A stretch of 64,000 nt of DNA, taken from the NCBI GenBank assembly GCA_963794805.1, contig CAWCFL010000016.1, positions 37,455-101,454 on the forward strand. Direction: 5' to 3'. Positions 49,022 through 62,281 of this stretch are shown here, piece by piece (the stretch's first letter is position 1; every line of letters begins with the position of its first letter). Source of the DNA: an uncultured Acidimicrobiales bacterium (GTDB taxonomy: Bacteria; Actinomycetota; Acidimicrobiia; Acidimicrobiales; Ilumatobacteraceae). The notes below the pieces were generated by a model that was not told the DNA's origin, did not search any database, and saw only the letters and a program-made list of their open reading frames with translations. The position numbers and the translations under genes are program-made.

Positions 49022-49908
49022 ATGACATCCCCTCGCGCTGTGCTGTGGCTCGGCCGCGTCGTGTGGTTGCTCGCCGGTCTCACCGGGCTGGTTCGCCGTG
49101 GCCGCGGCGCTCGACGGCAGCTCCGACCGGCGCGGCGGTCGCCGTCCAGATCGGTGCATGGGCCGCGTTCGCCGTCGGGCTCGTCGCGCTGGTCGTGCCG
49201 AGCACGGCGAGCCTCACCGCGTTGCGCATGGTGGCGCCGCTCGCGCCGGTCGCCGCGGTGTTGACGATGCTCGGCGGCGCCGGCGCGGCTCGCGGCGCGC
49301 CGTTCCTCGGTGCCGCGTTGCTCGCTGCCGCGGTGGCCGGCACGGGCGAGCTGGGCGAGGCGTTCGCCCAGGCGTCGGCCTACGGCGACGAGCACCGCTT
49401 CCCGCTGCGCCCGGCCGTCGGCTACCTGCTCGCCGTGGTCGTCAGCTGGTGCGCGTGGGCGTCGCTGCTGGTGGTCGCGGTCGAGCTGCTGGCCCATGAG
49501 GTGTGGTGGGCCGCCGCCGTCCTCGGCGCGGTCGCCGTGGCCGGCGCGTGGCCGCTCGGCGTGCGCTGCCACCGCTGTCGCGCCGCTGGCTCGTGGTCGT
49601 GCCCGCCGGGCTCGTGGTGCACGACCCGCTCGTGCTCGGCGAGACGCTGCTCGTCCAGCGCCGCGAGGCTGGTGCGCGTCGGGCTGGCGCTCGACGGGAC
49701 GGAGGCGGCCGACCTCACCGGGCCGTCGGGCGGCCACGCGGTGGAGATCGCCACGCGCGACGCGGTCACCGTGGCGTTCGCCGCCACCCGGGCGAACGCC
49801 ACGGGCAGGGCCATCCACGCCCGGGCGTTCCTCGTCTCCCCCACCCGGCCAGGTCGGGCGCTCGCCGAGGCTGCCGCTCAGGGTCTGCCGGTGACGTCCG
49901 CCGTGTGA
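49022..49908 (+). CDS. Hypothetical polytopic membrane protein, frameshifted
   Basis: Several hydrophobic helices (LWLGRVVWLLAGLTGLV, QIGAWAAFAVGLVALVV, YLLAVVVSWCAWASLLVVAV). Confidence 0.4.
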
Positions 49909-50959
49909 CGTTCGAGCCCGGCGGCCAGCGCGCCGCCGAGCACGAAGCGGTCGGTCGCGGTCGTAGAACACGAGGCTCTGGCCCGGCGGCGACGAGGCGC
50001 TGCCGGTCGACCCAGCGGACCACGGCCGCCGTCCACCGTCGCCGGCAACGCCGGCGCCGTGGGCGGAGCACTGCACGAGCACGTCGCCGCGCACCGGGGC
50101 GCCGCTGCCCACCTCGTCGGTGTACGGCTGCGGTGACCACGAGGAGGTCGCGCTCGTCGCCGACGACGACGAGCGGATGGCGACCGGCGTCGACGTCGAC
50201 GACGTAGCGCTTCGGGCCGCCGCCCGGGAGACCGAGGCCGCGGCGCTGGCCGAGCGTGACGAGCTCGACGCCGTCCACCGTCCCCCAGGCGCACACCGTC
50301 GGTGTCGACGACCGGTGCCCGGCGCAGCGGCGATGCGCGCGCCGAGGAACGCGGTGCGCCCGCCGGTGCTGGTGATGAAGCAGACGTCCTGCGAGTCGGG
50401 CTTGTCCGCGGTGCGCAGCCCGAGCGCCGCGGCACGCGCCGCACCTCGGCCTTGGTCATGTGCCCGACCGGGAACAGGGTGCGGGCCAGCTGGGCCTGCG
50501 TCGAGCATGTGCACGACGTAGCTCTGGTCCTTGGCCGCGTCGGCGCCGCGGGCGACGCGCGCGCGCGCCGTCGACGTCGACGATCCGCGCGTGGTGGCCG
50601 GTGGCCACGGCGTCGAAGCCGAGCAGGTCGGCGCGCTGCCGCGAGCCGGTCGAACTTGAGGTGGCGGTTGCACTCGATGCACGGGTTCGGGGTGACGCCG
50701 TCGCGGTGGGCGGCGACGTACGGCTGCGACGACGTGCGCGGCGAAGTCGTCGCCGAAGTTGAACACGAGGTGGTCGATGTCCGAGCTGCTGGGCCACTCG
50801 CCGGGCGTCGTCGACGTCGGCCACCGAGCAGCAACCGGTGTCGCTGTCGCCGCCCCACAGCTTCATCGTCACGCCGACCACGTCGTGGCCGGCGCGCAGC
50901 AGCTCCGCCGCGGCGACCGACGAGTCGACGCCGCCGCTCAGGGCGACGAGCACCTTCAC
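49878..50959 (-). CDS. mnmA: tRNA-specific 2-thiouridylase MnmA, multiple frameshifts
   Basis: [20 protein letters not shown]-loop, ...[13 protein letters not shown]..., and a C-terminus ...GQSLVFYD... Confidence 0.65.
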
Positions 50960-52107
50960 TGCGCCGCCGCCCGCGTCGCGCAGGCGACCGACCGCCTCGA
51001 CCACCGCCGTCGCCCCGCGGTCGACGTCGGCCGCCGTGGTGGTGCGCCCGAGCGTCAGACGCAGCGCCCCGGCGGCGAGCTCGCGTGGCACGCCCATCGC
51101 CGCCAGCACGTGCGAGGGCTCCATGGCGCCGCTGGCGCACGACGCCGCGGCCGTGGCGCACACGTCGGCCTCGTCGAGCAGGTACAGCAGCGCCTCGTTC
51201 TCGACGCCCTCGATGCACACGTGCGCCGAGCCGGCCACCTTGAGCGGCACGCGGCACCGTCTCGACCACGCCCGGCAGTTCGGCGAGGAGCCGGTCGACG
51301 AGCCGGTCGCGCAACGCGGCGATGCGCACCCCCTCGGCCTCGCGCTCGGCGACGGTGAGCCGCAACGCCTCGGCCATGCGCGACGATGCCGGCGACGTTG
51401 TGCGTGCCGCTGCGCCGCTCGCGCTCCTGGCCGCCGCCGACGAGCAGCGGCGGCGAGCGCCGTGCCGTCGCGCACGACGAGCACGCCGACGCCCTTCGGG
51501 CCGCCGAACTTGTGGCGCCGACAGGGACGAGGACGTCGACGTGGCGCCAGGCGTCGGGCAGGTCGAGCCAGCACGGCGCCTGCACGGCGTCGGTGTGCAG
51601 GACGGCGCCGGGCGCACGGCGACGGACGAGCGCGGCGACCGCGGCGAGGTCGGTGATCGTGCCGACCTCGTTGTTCACCGCCATCACGCTGACGACCGAC
51701 GCCGGCGAGTCGGCCGAGCGCCGCGGCGAGCGCGGCGAGGTCGACGTGCCCGGTGCGCGTCGCACGCCGACGAGCACGCCGCCGACGGCTTCGACCGAGG
51801 CGAGCACGGCGTGGTGCTCGGCGGCGCGTGCACACTGCGCGCGCCCTCGTGCGCGGGCGAGCGCGCCGGCGATCGCCGTGTTGTCCGCCTCGGTGCCGCC
51901 GCCGGTGAACACGACCTCGCCGGGTCGGCAGCCGATCGCCGCGGCGACGACGTCCCGAGCCTCGTCGACGTCGCGCCGCGCCTGGCGGGCGAAGCGGTGC
52001 GAGCCCGACGGGTTGGCGAAGCGCTCGGTGAGGAACGGCAGCATGGCCGCGACGGCCTCCTCGCGCATCGGCGTGGTCGCCGCGTGGTCGAGGTAGCACA
52101 GGGTCAC
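50960..52107 (-). CDS. iscS: Cysteine desulfurase (IscS/NifS family), frameshifted
   Basis: GTG start. [43 protein letters not shown]..., PLP region ...[12 protein letters not shown]..., and a C-terminus ...[36 protein letters not shown]. Directly precedes mnmA as in mycobacterial iscS-trmU. Confidence 0.7.
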
Positions 52108-52111
52108 CTCG

Positions 52112-52968
52112 TCAGGCTACGACCAGCGTCGATCGGGTGGGACGACGAACGGCGGTGGCGGTGGCAGCAGCGCACCGGCGGCGAGCGGCTGGTAGCCGGG
52201 GAAGTTGCGCCGCTGGTAGCGGGCGATGGCGCACAGCAGGAACGCCTCCGGGTCCACCTGGCGGAACCACGGGTGGTGCACCACGGCGGCGACGCGCCCG
52301 GCGAGGTCGTCGGCCAACGCGGCGCGCGCGCCCGGTGTCAGCTGTCGCTGGCGGAGCAGGAACGCGCGGACGACGGTGTACTGCTCGACGGTCATCGCGC
52401 TCGGGTCGATGGTCGCGGCGAAGCCGTCGAGGCCCCACGGCACGGGGAACCACAGCGCCGGCGGGCAGGCGGGTGCGGTTCGGGTCGCGGATGACGACGG
52501 TGCCGGCGAGCAGGTCGCCGACGCTCTGCTGGCGGCGCGTGCCGAGGACGAACAGCATCCCGGTGATCCCGCCGGGCGGGATGAACAGGTCGACGAGGCC
52601 GCCCATCATCCGCAGCACGGCGTGGCGGAAGCGGATCGGCGCACCTTCGAGCGTGACGGCGCGCAGTCCCATGGCCGGCTTGCCGACGGTGCGGCCGCGC
52701 ATCAGCGTCTGGGCGACGACCGGGTAGACGATCAGCGACGAGCGTGAACGAGCACGTACTGCGCGGTGGCCTGCGTGGACGAGTCGCAGGCCGGCCGTGC
52801 CGATCGATGACCAACAGGCCGCCGATCGTGTAGATCGTCGCCTCGACGAGCAGGTCGAGCAGCGCGGCGAACAGCCGCGAGCCGAGCCCGGCGATGTCGA
52901 GCTCGAGCACGCACGGCCTCCGGCGTGACGATCCCCTCGACGCCGGCCACACGCAGCTGGTCGCTCAT
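52112..52968 (-). CDS. RDD-family membrane protein, frameshifted
   Basis: MSDQLRVAGVEGIVTPEAV...LDIAGLGSRLFAALLDLLVEATIYTIGGLLV...GITGMLFVLGTRRQQSVGDLLAGTVVIRD. Confidence 0.6.
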
Positions 52969-52987
52969 CCGACCCCCGGCCGGCGTT

Positions 52988-53076
52988 GCGGCGTCCGTGC
53001 GGGCGTGAGCTGCCGGACGCGCGGCGTCCGTGCGGGCGTGACCTGCCGGACGCGCGGCGTCCGTGCGGGCGTGAGC
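52988..53076. repeat. 2.7 tandem copies of a 33-bp repeat GCGGCGTCCGTGCGGGCGTGAGCTGCCGGACGC (each with internal palindrome GCGTCCG-N16-CGGACGC), followed by TTGACA
   Basis: Seen directly in the divergent region between the RDD gene and the SpoIIM-like gene. A TTGACA hexamer lies at 53086..53091, just before the ATG at 53093. Confidence 0.7.
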
Positions 53077-53092
53077 ACGACTACCGTTGACA

Positions 53093-54060
53093 TGATCGAC
53101 ATCGATGCCTTCGTCGCGGCCAACCAGGGCGCGTGGCAGCGACTGGAGGACCTGACCAACCGGGCCCGCCAGCGTGCGGCACGACCACGCCCGACGAGCT
53201 CGACGAGCTGGTCGCCACGTACCAGCGCGTCGGCGCCCAGCTGGCCACGGCACGGGTGGCCTACGCCGACGACGCGCCGCTGGTCAGCCGGCTGACGCTG
53301 CTCGTCGCCGACGCCCACGGCGTGCTCTACGGCCAGCGCGACGACCGAGGTCCGCCGCAGCATCCGCGAGCTGGCGACGGTGCGCTTCCCGGCAGCCGTG
53401 TACCGCATCCGCTGGTTCGTCCTCGCCGCCGCGCTGCTGACGTTCATCCCGTGGGCGGTGTTCCAGATCTGGCTCGCCGTGTCGCCGAAGGCGTTCGTCC
53501 GTGAGCGCGCCCGCGGCGGTGCGCGACCAGTACATCCACCACGACTTCGAGGCGTACTACTCGTCGCAGCCGGCGCAGAACTTCGCCACGCAGGTGTTCT
53601 TCAACAACGTGCGCGTCGCGTTCCTCGCGTTCGCCGCCGGCGTCGCTGCGTGTGCGTGGTGACCGCCGCGCTGCTGGCCTACAACGGCGCGAACGTCGGC
53701 ATGGCCGGCGGGCTGTTCACCAACGTCGGCGAGAGCGGCAAGTTCTGGGGCCTGATCCTGCCCCACGGGATGCTCGAGCTGAGCGCGGTGATCGTCGCCG
53801 GCGCCGCCGGGCTGCGCATCGGCTGGACGCTGATCGACCCCGGCGACCGCACCCGCTTCGGCGCGCTCACCGAGGAGTCGCGCCGCGCCGGGCCGATCCT
53901 GCTCGGGCTGGTGGTGGCGTTCCTCCTGGCCGCCACCGTCGAGGGCTTCGTCACCGGCCGGCCGTGGCCCACCGCGGTGCGCATCGGCATCGGCGTCGTC
54001 GCGTTCGCGCTGTTCTGGGGACCGACACCGTGCTGCACGGCAAGCCGCGCCGCGGCGATC
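53093..54060 (+). CDS. Stage II sporulation protein M-like (DUF95) membrane protein, frameshifted
   Basis: MIDIDAFVAANQGAWQRLEDLTNRAR...FFNNVRVAFLAFAAGVA...LILPHGMLELSAVIVAGAAGLRIGW... Confidence 0.55.
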
Positions 54061-54069
54061 GCTCGAGGC

Positions 54070-55427
54070 TCACAGCCGGCCCGAGGCCTTCAGCGCGAGG
54101 TAGGTGTCGACGAGCTCGATGCCGAGGCGGCCCGGCACGGCATCGACGCACCACCGCGCCGGCGCCGCGGTCAGCCGGGTCGACGGCGCGCGCTCGACGG
54201 CGCGCAGCGCGGCCACCGCGGCAGCCTGCGCGGTACGCCTCGCTGGCCCACTCGTGGTGGCCGCCGCGGGCCCACGCCGGCGACGGCGGGATCCTGGACG
54301 CCGGCGACGACGACCACGAGGTGCCGGCGGGTGAGGATCGGCAGGGCGGGCAGCAGCGCCTGCTCGACGGTCGCCTCGGCGAGATCGGTGAGCACGACGT
54401 ACAGCGAACGGCGGCGGAAGCGCGCCGCGGCCGCGCTGAACGCCACCGTGTAGGCGCTCTCGGCGAGCTCCGGCTCCAGCAGGTACATCGCCTCGGCCAC
54501 GCGCCCGAGCTGGCTGCGACGGTTGTCCGGCACGACGATCGAGCGCACCTGGCGGTCGAACGTGACCAGCCCGACGCGGTCGCCGAGGCGCGCCGCCATC
54601 TGGGTGATCGCCAGCGCGGCGTCCATCGCGTGCTCGACGCGCGGCACGCCGCCGACCGTGCCGGCCATCACCCGGCCGTTGTCCAGCAGCACGACGACGG
54701 TTCTGGTTGCGCTCGGCGCGGTACTGCTTGACGATCGGTCGTTGCAAACGCAACGTTGCCGCCCAGTCGACGCGCCGGAAGTCGTCGTCGGGCCCGTAGT
54801 CGCGGAGCTGGTCGAACTCCGCGCCCGCTCCGGCGCGGCGCACCGTGCGCGACCCGTCGAGCACGCGCTGGCACGCAGCCGGGCGACGGCTGCGCGGCTC
54901 GGGTACGCGGGCATCACCCGGATCGAGCCGGGCACCGAGCGCCGTCGCCTGCTTGGCGGCCAGCCGCAACGGGCCGGTGACGCGCACCGTCACCGCGTCG
55001 AGCGGGAAGCGCCCGCGTCGCGTCGGGGTGATCGCGTGGTGCGACGTGGCGCGACCGCCGGCGCGCAGGCGCAGCGTCGCCCGGCGCCGGCGGGCGTTGA
55101 GGCTCGGCCACAGCGCGTCGGCGACCGTCACCGTCGCCGCGCGTGGCGCGTCGGGTTGCCGACGACCCAGCTGATCTCCGCGGTCTCGCCGACGGTCGAT
55201 CGTGGCCGGCGCCGTCGCGGTCGACCTCGATCGCGGCCGGGGCGGTGCAGGCGACGTGTCGGCGACGAACAGCGCGACCACGACCGCCTCGACGACGACG
55301 AGCGCGCGCCCAGCTGCGCCCCGGCCAGGCGAACAGCGCCGACGCCGGTCAGCGCGACGACCAGCGGCGAACCAGACCGTCGGGATCGGCCAGGACAGTC
55401 GGCACCGGTGCGCGGACGGCGCGTCAC
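54070..55427 (-). CDS. DUF58 (VWA-like) protein of MoxR systems, frameshifted
   Basis: ...[24 protein letters not shown]...[53 protein letters not shown]...[10 protein letters not shown]. Confidence 0.65.
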
Positions 55428-55433
55428 GCGGCG

Positions 55434-56478
<1,045 letters not shown>

Positions 56479-56555
56479 TCGGTCGCGCAGGCTCGGCGCA
56501 GCCGGTTGGCCAGGTGCGACGCAGTTGCGCCGGCACGAGTCGACTGTCACTCGTT

Positions 56556-57620
56556 CCGAGCGCGGCACTCGACCTCGCCCGGCGCGGTGAGCCCGCGCTC
56601 GGCGGCGCAGCGCGGTCGAGCTCGGCGATCTGCGTGGTGGTCGGCACCTGCAGCGCGCGACACAGCTCGCGGTAGGTCTCGCCGCGCAGGATCCATCCGG
56701 CGCGCGCCGCATGGTGGGCGCGCTGCATCAGCTGGCCGGTGGCCACGACCAGCTCGCTGCCCGCGACCGGCGCGGGCAGCGGCTCGTCGACCGGCCGGCC
56801 CGGGCGGATGCCGCGGGCGATGGCGAACACGACGAACGCCAGGACCAGCTGGACGAGCGCCATCCACACGCCGGGGCGCACGAGGTCGGCGAGCGTCTCG
56901 TCGCCGCTGCCGACGTCGGCCGGGCCGTGCGCTCGGTCCGTCGCCGACGAGGACGTGCACCGCGCCGCCCGGTGCCGGCGCGAGCAGCGCGGTGGCCAGC
57001 GGCGCGTTGTCGGCGTAGCGCAGCAGCGCGTTGGTCCACAGCTCGTTGTCGCCGAGCGACGACGACCACGCCGCCGCCGACCGGCCGGGTGAACGACGAA
57101 CGACCTGCCGCCGCTCGTCGAAGCAGCGCGTCGGCCCCGTCCGGCGGCGGCGAACACGACGCCGTCGCGCACGAACACGCCGCGCAGCGCGGCGAGCGCG
57201 CCGATCGTGCACGTCGCCCGGCAGCAGGTTGGCCTGGCTCGCCGCATCGAGGTCGAACGGCGGCGGCAGCGCCGCGTCGTGCGACGCGCGGACGTCGGCC
57301 GCGTCGCCGACCAGCGGGCTCGTCGGGTCGGCGACGACGGCGACACCGCCGTCGGCGCACCCAGTCGTCGCAGCTCGGCGCGCTCGGCGTCGTCGAGGCG
57401 GTCGTCGAGCACGAGCACCCGTGCCGCCGTCGCCGGCGGCCGGCGGCGCGTGGATGACGTCGACGGTGACGCCCTGCTCGCGCAGCAGCAGCACCAGCCC
57501 GCGCGTGCCGTCCGGTCGACCCGACTCCGGGTCGAACGGCTCGGTGCCCGGGCCGGGCGCGCAGCACCAGGAGCATCACCACGGCGAGGCCGACGACGAA
57601 CAGCGACGGTCACCGCGACC
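56556..57620 (-). CDS. DUF4350-domain protein, frameshifted
   Basis: ...GVTVDVIHAPPAAGD...VLVLDDRLDDAERAELRRLG...ELWTNALLRYADNAPLATALLAP...VWMALVQLVLAFVVFAIARGIRPGRPVDEPLP. Confidence 0.5.
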
Positions 57621-58348
57621 CGGCCGCCGTGGCCGCCCACGTCCGCGGCCGCGCCGTCGCGGGCTCACGCCGGCACCCGCGTGCCGTCGCGTCCAGCACC
57701 TCGCGCTCGAGCTCGACGAACGCGTCGTCGTCGTCGGCATCGACGCGGCTCGTCGCCGTACCAGCGCCGTCGAACAGGTCGGCGGCGCGGTCGAACGGCG
57801 CCGCCGCGCCCGGGCGCGACGTCGTGCAGCTGGCGCGCGCTCCTCGCCCGTGGTGCGCCCGGGGATCTCGTCGATCAGGCCGCGGCGGGCGAGGTCGCCG
57901 ACCAGCGCGCGGTACCGGCAGCGCACCGCGTCGCGGTAGCGGCCGGCGCGCGCGATGCGCGTCGGCCTCCGCGCCGCCAGTCGAGCGGCTCGCGGCGGCG
58001 ATCGACGACCACGCCGCCGAGCTCCTCACGCGGTCGACGTCGTCGACGTCCTCGTCCTCGTCTCGTCGTCGACGGCGCCGCGACTCGCGTCGGCGCGACG
58101 GCGCGGGCGACGATCACCAGCACGAGCACCAGGCCGACGATCAGCGCCGACCACAGCAGCAGCGTCGACGAGGTCCAGCCCCGCGGCCGCGGCCGACGTC
58201 GCGCGCCGCGGTGTCGGACGGCCTGCAGCGTCACGGTCGTGCACGTCGCGTCGTTGGCCACCAGCTTGCACGCCGCGGTGCGCACGGCCTCGGGGTCCTG
58301 GGCGACCGGCCCGAGCGGGTCAGCCGGCGGATGCTCATCGGTGCTCAC
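57600..58348 (-). CDS. DUF4129-domain membrane protein, frameshifted
   Basis: MSTDEHPPADPLGPVAQDPEAVRTAA...TM LLLWSALIVGLVLVLVIVA...RYRALVGDLARRGLIDEIPGRTTGE. Confidence 0.5.
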
Positions 58349-58379
58349 GGGCTGCGCCGTCGACGTCGGTCGACGTCCG

Positions 58380-59360
58380 CGGGCTCATCGTCGACAGCTC
58401 GCGGCCGAACGCCCGGTCGGCGGCGAGCACCAGATCGAGCCCCTCGGCGTGCACGCGCAACTGCACGTAGAACGCGACCGTCGCCAGCCCGACCACCGGG
58501 ATCGTCAGCAGCTGGGCGAGCTGGCCGGCGACGCCCTCGAGCAGGGCCAGCCGCCACGAGCCGAACGTCACCAGCCCGGTCGCCTCGGCCAGCCGCGGCA
58601 GGAAGGTGATGCCGAAGCGCAACGCCAGGCCGACGACCGCCGACGCCGACGACGAAGCCGACGCACGCACCGAAGCGCGTGCGCGCCAGGCGCACCGCGC
58701 GGCGCAGGCCGCCGACCGCACCGAGCCGCTCGACCACGATCACCGGCGAGACCAGCACGACCAGCGCGGCCAGCAACAGGCCGACCGGCACGCCGACGAG
58801 CAACCAGCCGGCGAGCGCCGCGACCGTGCAGCGCGCACGACCGCGAGTGCGCGCCGAGCAGGAACCAGACGTGCCCGAGGACCCAGGCGCCGAGCAACGC
58901 CGGCAGCCGGCGCAGCGTCGCCGCCAGGCTGCGGCGCATCGACACCGTGTCGGCGAAGGTGACGTCGACGTACAGCGCGGCGAGGTAGCCGCCGGCGAGG
59001 GCGACGGCCAGCGAGGTGGTGACGATGCCGACGTAGGCGAGCACGGTGTCGGCGCCGGTGGCCGCGTCGACGCCGCCGACGAGCTCGGGCACCGAGACCA
59101 CCGAGTCGCTCGAACGAGTCGAAGCGGTCGAACAGCACCGTCGACAGGACCAGGTTGACGACGATCGCCGGCACGAGGAACGACGGCCGAGCCGAGCACC
59201 GCCTCGCGGGCGTGGCGCTGGAACACGTGCGCGCCGGCGTCGATCGACCCGAGCACGATCCGCTCGTCGCGCTTGAGGCGCAGCGTGGCGCGCGCCCGCT
59301 CGACGCTGCACGGGTCTCACCGGGACGGGGTGCAGCGTCGGCGCGTGGCGCATCGACCGG
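58380..59360 (-). CDS. Polytopic membrane protein (GDPD-membrane-domain-like) heading the MoxR cluster, frameshifted
   Basis: Multiple TM segments (FLVPAIVVNLVLSTVLF, VLAYVGIVTTSLAVALAGGYLAALYV, LGAWVLGHVWFLLGA). Confidence 0.4.
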
Positions 59361-59407
59361 CGCCTCGATGCGCGCCCACTGGCTCACCCGTCCCATTGTG
59401 GTCGAAG

Positions 59408-60200
59408 ATGCGCGACGTGGATGGGTACACGTCGTCGACCTACGGCGACGCGTTCGCCGACGTCTACGACGACTGGTACCACGACCTCGACGACGTGCCG
59501 GCTGCGGTGGCCACCCTCGCCGCGCTGGCCGGCGACCGGCGGGCGGGTGCTCGAGCTCGGCGTCGGCACCGGGCGGCTCGCTGTGCCGCTTGCCACGGCA
59601 CTCGCCGATCGGTGGCGGCCGGGTCACGGGTGTCGACTCGAGCGCGGCGATGCTCGCCCGCCTGCGGCTCAACGACCCCGACGGCCTCGTCGCCGTCCAC
59701 GTCGGCGACATGGTCGACGACGTGCCCGACGGGCCGTTCGACGTCGTGCTCGCCGCGTACAACACGCTGTTCAACCTCCTCGACGCCGGCTCGGCAAGCC
59801 GCCTGCCTGGCCGTCGCCGCGACGCGACTGGCGACGTGGCGGGCTGCTCGTGGTCGAGGCGTTCGTTCCCGATGAGCAGGCGCGGATACCGCCAGCAGCG
59901 ACGTCGGCGTGCGCTCGCTCACCGTCGACCGAGGTCGTGCTCAGCGTGTCGCGCACGACGCCCGATGACCAACGCGTCGAGGGCCAGTACATCTCGATCA
60001 CCGAGGCCGGCGGGGTGCGCCTGCGACCGTGGGCCATCCGCTGGTCCACGCCCGACGCAGATCGACGAGATGGCCGGACGCGCCGGCCTGGCGCGCGTCG
60101 CCCGGTGGTCGTCGCTCGCCGGCGAGAGGTTCGACGACCACAGCGGGCGGCACGTCAGCGTCTACGCGCCGACCGGCGCTTCGCGAGGAGGCAAGCGCTC
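59408..60200 (+). CDS. Class I SAM-dependent methyltransferase, frameshifted
   Basis: MRDVDGYTSSTYGDAFADVYDDWY...VLELGVGTGRLAVPLA (motif I)...GVDSSAAMLA...DGPFDVVLAAYNTLFNL. Confidence 0.6.
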
Positions 60201-60230
60201 GGGTGAGAAACGTTCTAGGCTGACAGCGTT

Positions 60231-61217
60231 GTGAGTCAACTGCGACTGAACCCCCTCACCGGCCGCTGGGTCACGATCGTCGCCGAGCGTGCAGAACGAC
60301 CCACCGACTTCCGGCCACGCGCCGAGGTCGTCGAAGCCGATCCCAGTCGCCCGTGCCCGTTCTGCCCGGGTCACGAGGAGGCCACGTTGGCGCCAGCACT
60401 GGAGACGCTCGACGAGGTCGGCGGCTGGAAGATCCGGGTGATCCCCAACCTGTACCCGGCGTTCGACGGCGACGAGCCGTTCGCCGTCCACCACCTCGGG
60501 CCGGTGCACGTCGAGGCGGAGGCCAGCGGCATCCACGAGGTGCTGGTGATCTCGCCGTACCACGACCTGCGCGGCCACCCGATCAGCGACGAGGACGCGG
60601 CCGAGCTGATGCACGTCATCAAGCAACGGCTCGAAGAGCACGCGTCGACGCCGAACGTCCGTTACACACAGGCGATCATCAACCACGGTCGTGAGGCCGG
60701 TGCGTCGATCGCCCACCCCCACGGACAGCTGCTCGGCCTGCCGTTCGTACCCGGCGAGATCCTCGACGAGCAGCGCGCGTTCAGCCGCTTCGACGGTGGG
60801 TGCATCCTGTGCGCCACCGTGGAGACCGAACTGGTCGACGGCAAGCGCGTCCTGTTCGCCAACGACGATGTCGTGTGCGTCTGCCCCTACTGGAGCGGCT
60901 CGCCGTACGAGCTGCTGATCATCCCCCGGCGCCACGACCTGCACCTCACCGATGCCGACGACGCGTCCCTCAGCTCGTTCGGCATCGCCATCCGCGATGC
61001 GCTCGACATGCTCCACGAGCTGCACGGCGACGTCGCCTACAACATGGTCTTCCACACCGCGCCGCACCACTACCACGGCGCGTACCACTGGCACCTCCAC
61101 CTGTTCCCCAAGCTGGTCACCACGGCCGGCTTCGAACGCGGCACCGGCGTGATGATCAACATCATCCCGCCCGAGCTGGCCGCCGAGCAGCTGCGCCACG
61201 TGTCCATCCGAGCCTGA
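60231..61217 (+). CDS. galT: Galactose-1-phosphate uridylyltransferase-like HIT-superfamily nucleotidyltransferase
   Basis: Intact 328 aa with a CPFCPGHE zinc knuckle and the HPHGQ active-site motif. Confidence 0.7.
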   Translation: MSQLRLNPLTGRWVTIVAERAERPTDFRPRAEVVEADPSRPCPFCPGHEEATLAPALETLDEVGGWKIRVIPNLYPAFDGDEPFAVHHLGPVHVEAEASGIHEVLVISPYHDLRGHPISDEDAAELMHVIKQRLEEHASTPNVRYTQAIINHGREAGASIAHPHGQLLGLPFVPGEILDEQRAFSRFDGGCILCATVETELVDGKRVLFANDDVVCVCPYWSGSPYELLIIPRRHDLHLTDADDASLSSFGIAIRDALDMLHELHGDVAYNMVFHTAPHHYHGAYHWHLHLFPKLVTTAGFERGTGVMINIIPPELAAEQLRHVSIRA

Positions 61218-61242
61218 TCCGGCGACTGCGGTGCCCGCGGCC

Positions 61243-61707
61243 ATGGCACGCGTGCGCTCGCGACGTCGAGATCGACGCCACGCCCGACGAGGTGTGGGAG
61301 CACATCGCCGATGTCACCCGCCACGTCGACTGGATGCTCGACGCCCAGGCCATCCGCCTGCTCGCCGAGCAGACGTCGGGCGTCGGCACGCGCTACGAGT
61401 GCGACACCAAGGTCGGGCCGCTGAAGCTGACCGACGTCATGGAGATCATCGACTGGCGGCCGGGCGTGGCGATGGGCGTGCGCCACGAGGGCGTCGTCAC
61501 GGGTGCCGGGATTGTTCACCCTGACGCCGATCGACCTCGATCGACGCACCCGCTTCGCGCTGGACCGAGGAGCTGCGCTTCCCGTGGTGGTTGGCCGGTC
61601 CGTTCGGGGCGACGGTCGGCGGCCGCACCGTGCTGGCGACCGTCTGGAGCCGCAACCTGCGCGAGCTCAAGCGCCAGATCGAGGAGCATTCGGCGCTCCC
61701 CGCCTGA
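61243..61707 (+). CDS. SRPBCC-family (polyketide cyclase/dehydrase-like) protein, frameshift near the start
   Basis: ...DVEIDATPDEVWEHIADVTRHVDWM...GTRYECDTKVGPLKLTDVMEIIDWRPGVAMGV... Confidence 0.5.
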
Positions 61708-61744
61708 CCCGACCGGCGCACCGACAGGCGCCCCGACCGGCGGC

Positions 61745-62175
61745 TCAGCCGCCGGGCGTCGGCTGGTTCGGGTCGTCGGCAGACACCATCCACGGGATGC
61801 CGAAGCGGTCGGTGCACATGCCGAACGCCGGGGAGAAGAACGTCTGCATCAGGTCCTGGCTCACCGTGCCACCGTCGGCCAGCGCGGCGAACACCCGCTT
61901 GGCGTCGTCGGCGTCGGGGGTGTTGTAGCTGACCATGATCCCCTGCTTCGGGCCGGGGTCGGTGGTGGTCGGGTCGTCGGAGGCCATCAGCAGCTTCGCC
62001 GTTGATCGTCAGTGCGGCGTGGATGACGACGTCGTCCATCTCCGGCGGGACCGGCTCGTCGGACGGTGCGTCGCTCCATCGTCATGATGAACAGCTCACC
62101 GCCGAAGATCTCCTGGTAGCGGTTGAACGCGTCGCGGCAGTTGCCGGTGAAGAACAGGTACGGGCGGAAGGCCAT
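61745..62175 (-). CDS. VOC/glyoxalase-family PhnB-like protein, frameshifted
   Basis: MAFRPYLFFTGNCRDAFNRYQEIFGGELF... plus ...MVSYNTPDADDAKRVFAALADGGTVSQDLMQTFFSPAFGMCTDRFGIPWMV. Confidence 0.55.
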
Positions 62176-62281
62176 GGATCGCTCCTTGTGAGTGAGTGAG
62201 TGCGTGCGTGAGTTCGGTCGGTCGGTGGTGTCGACGATCCCGCCGACCGGGACTCATCGTCGCGCCTGCTACACCGTGGTG

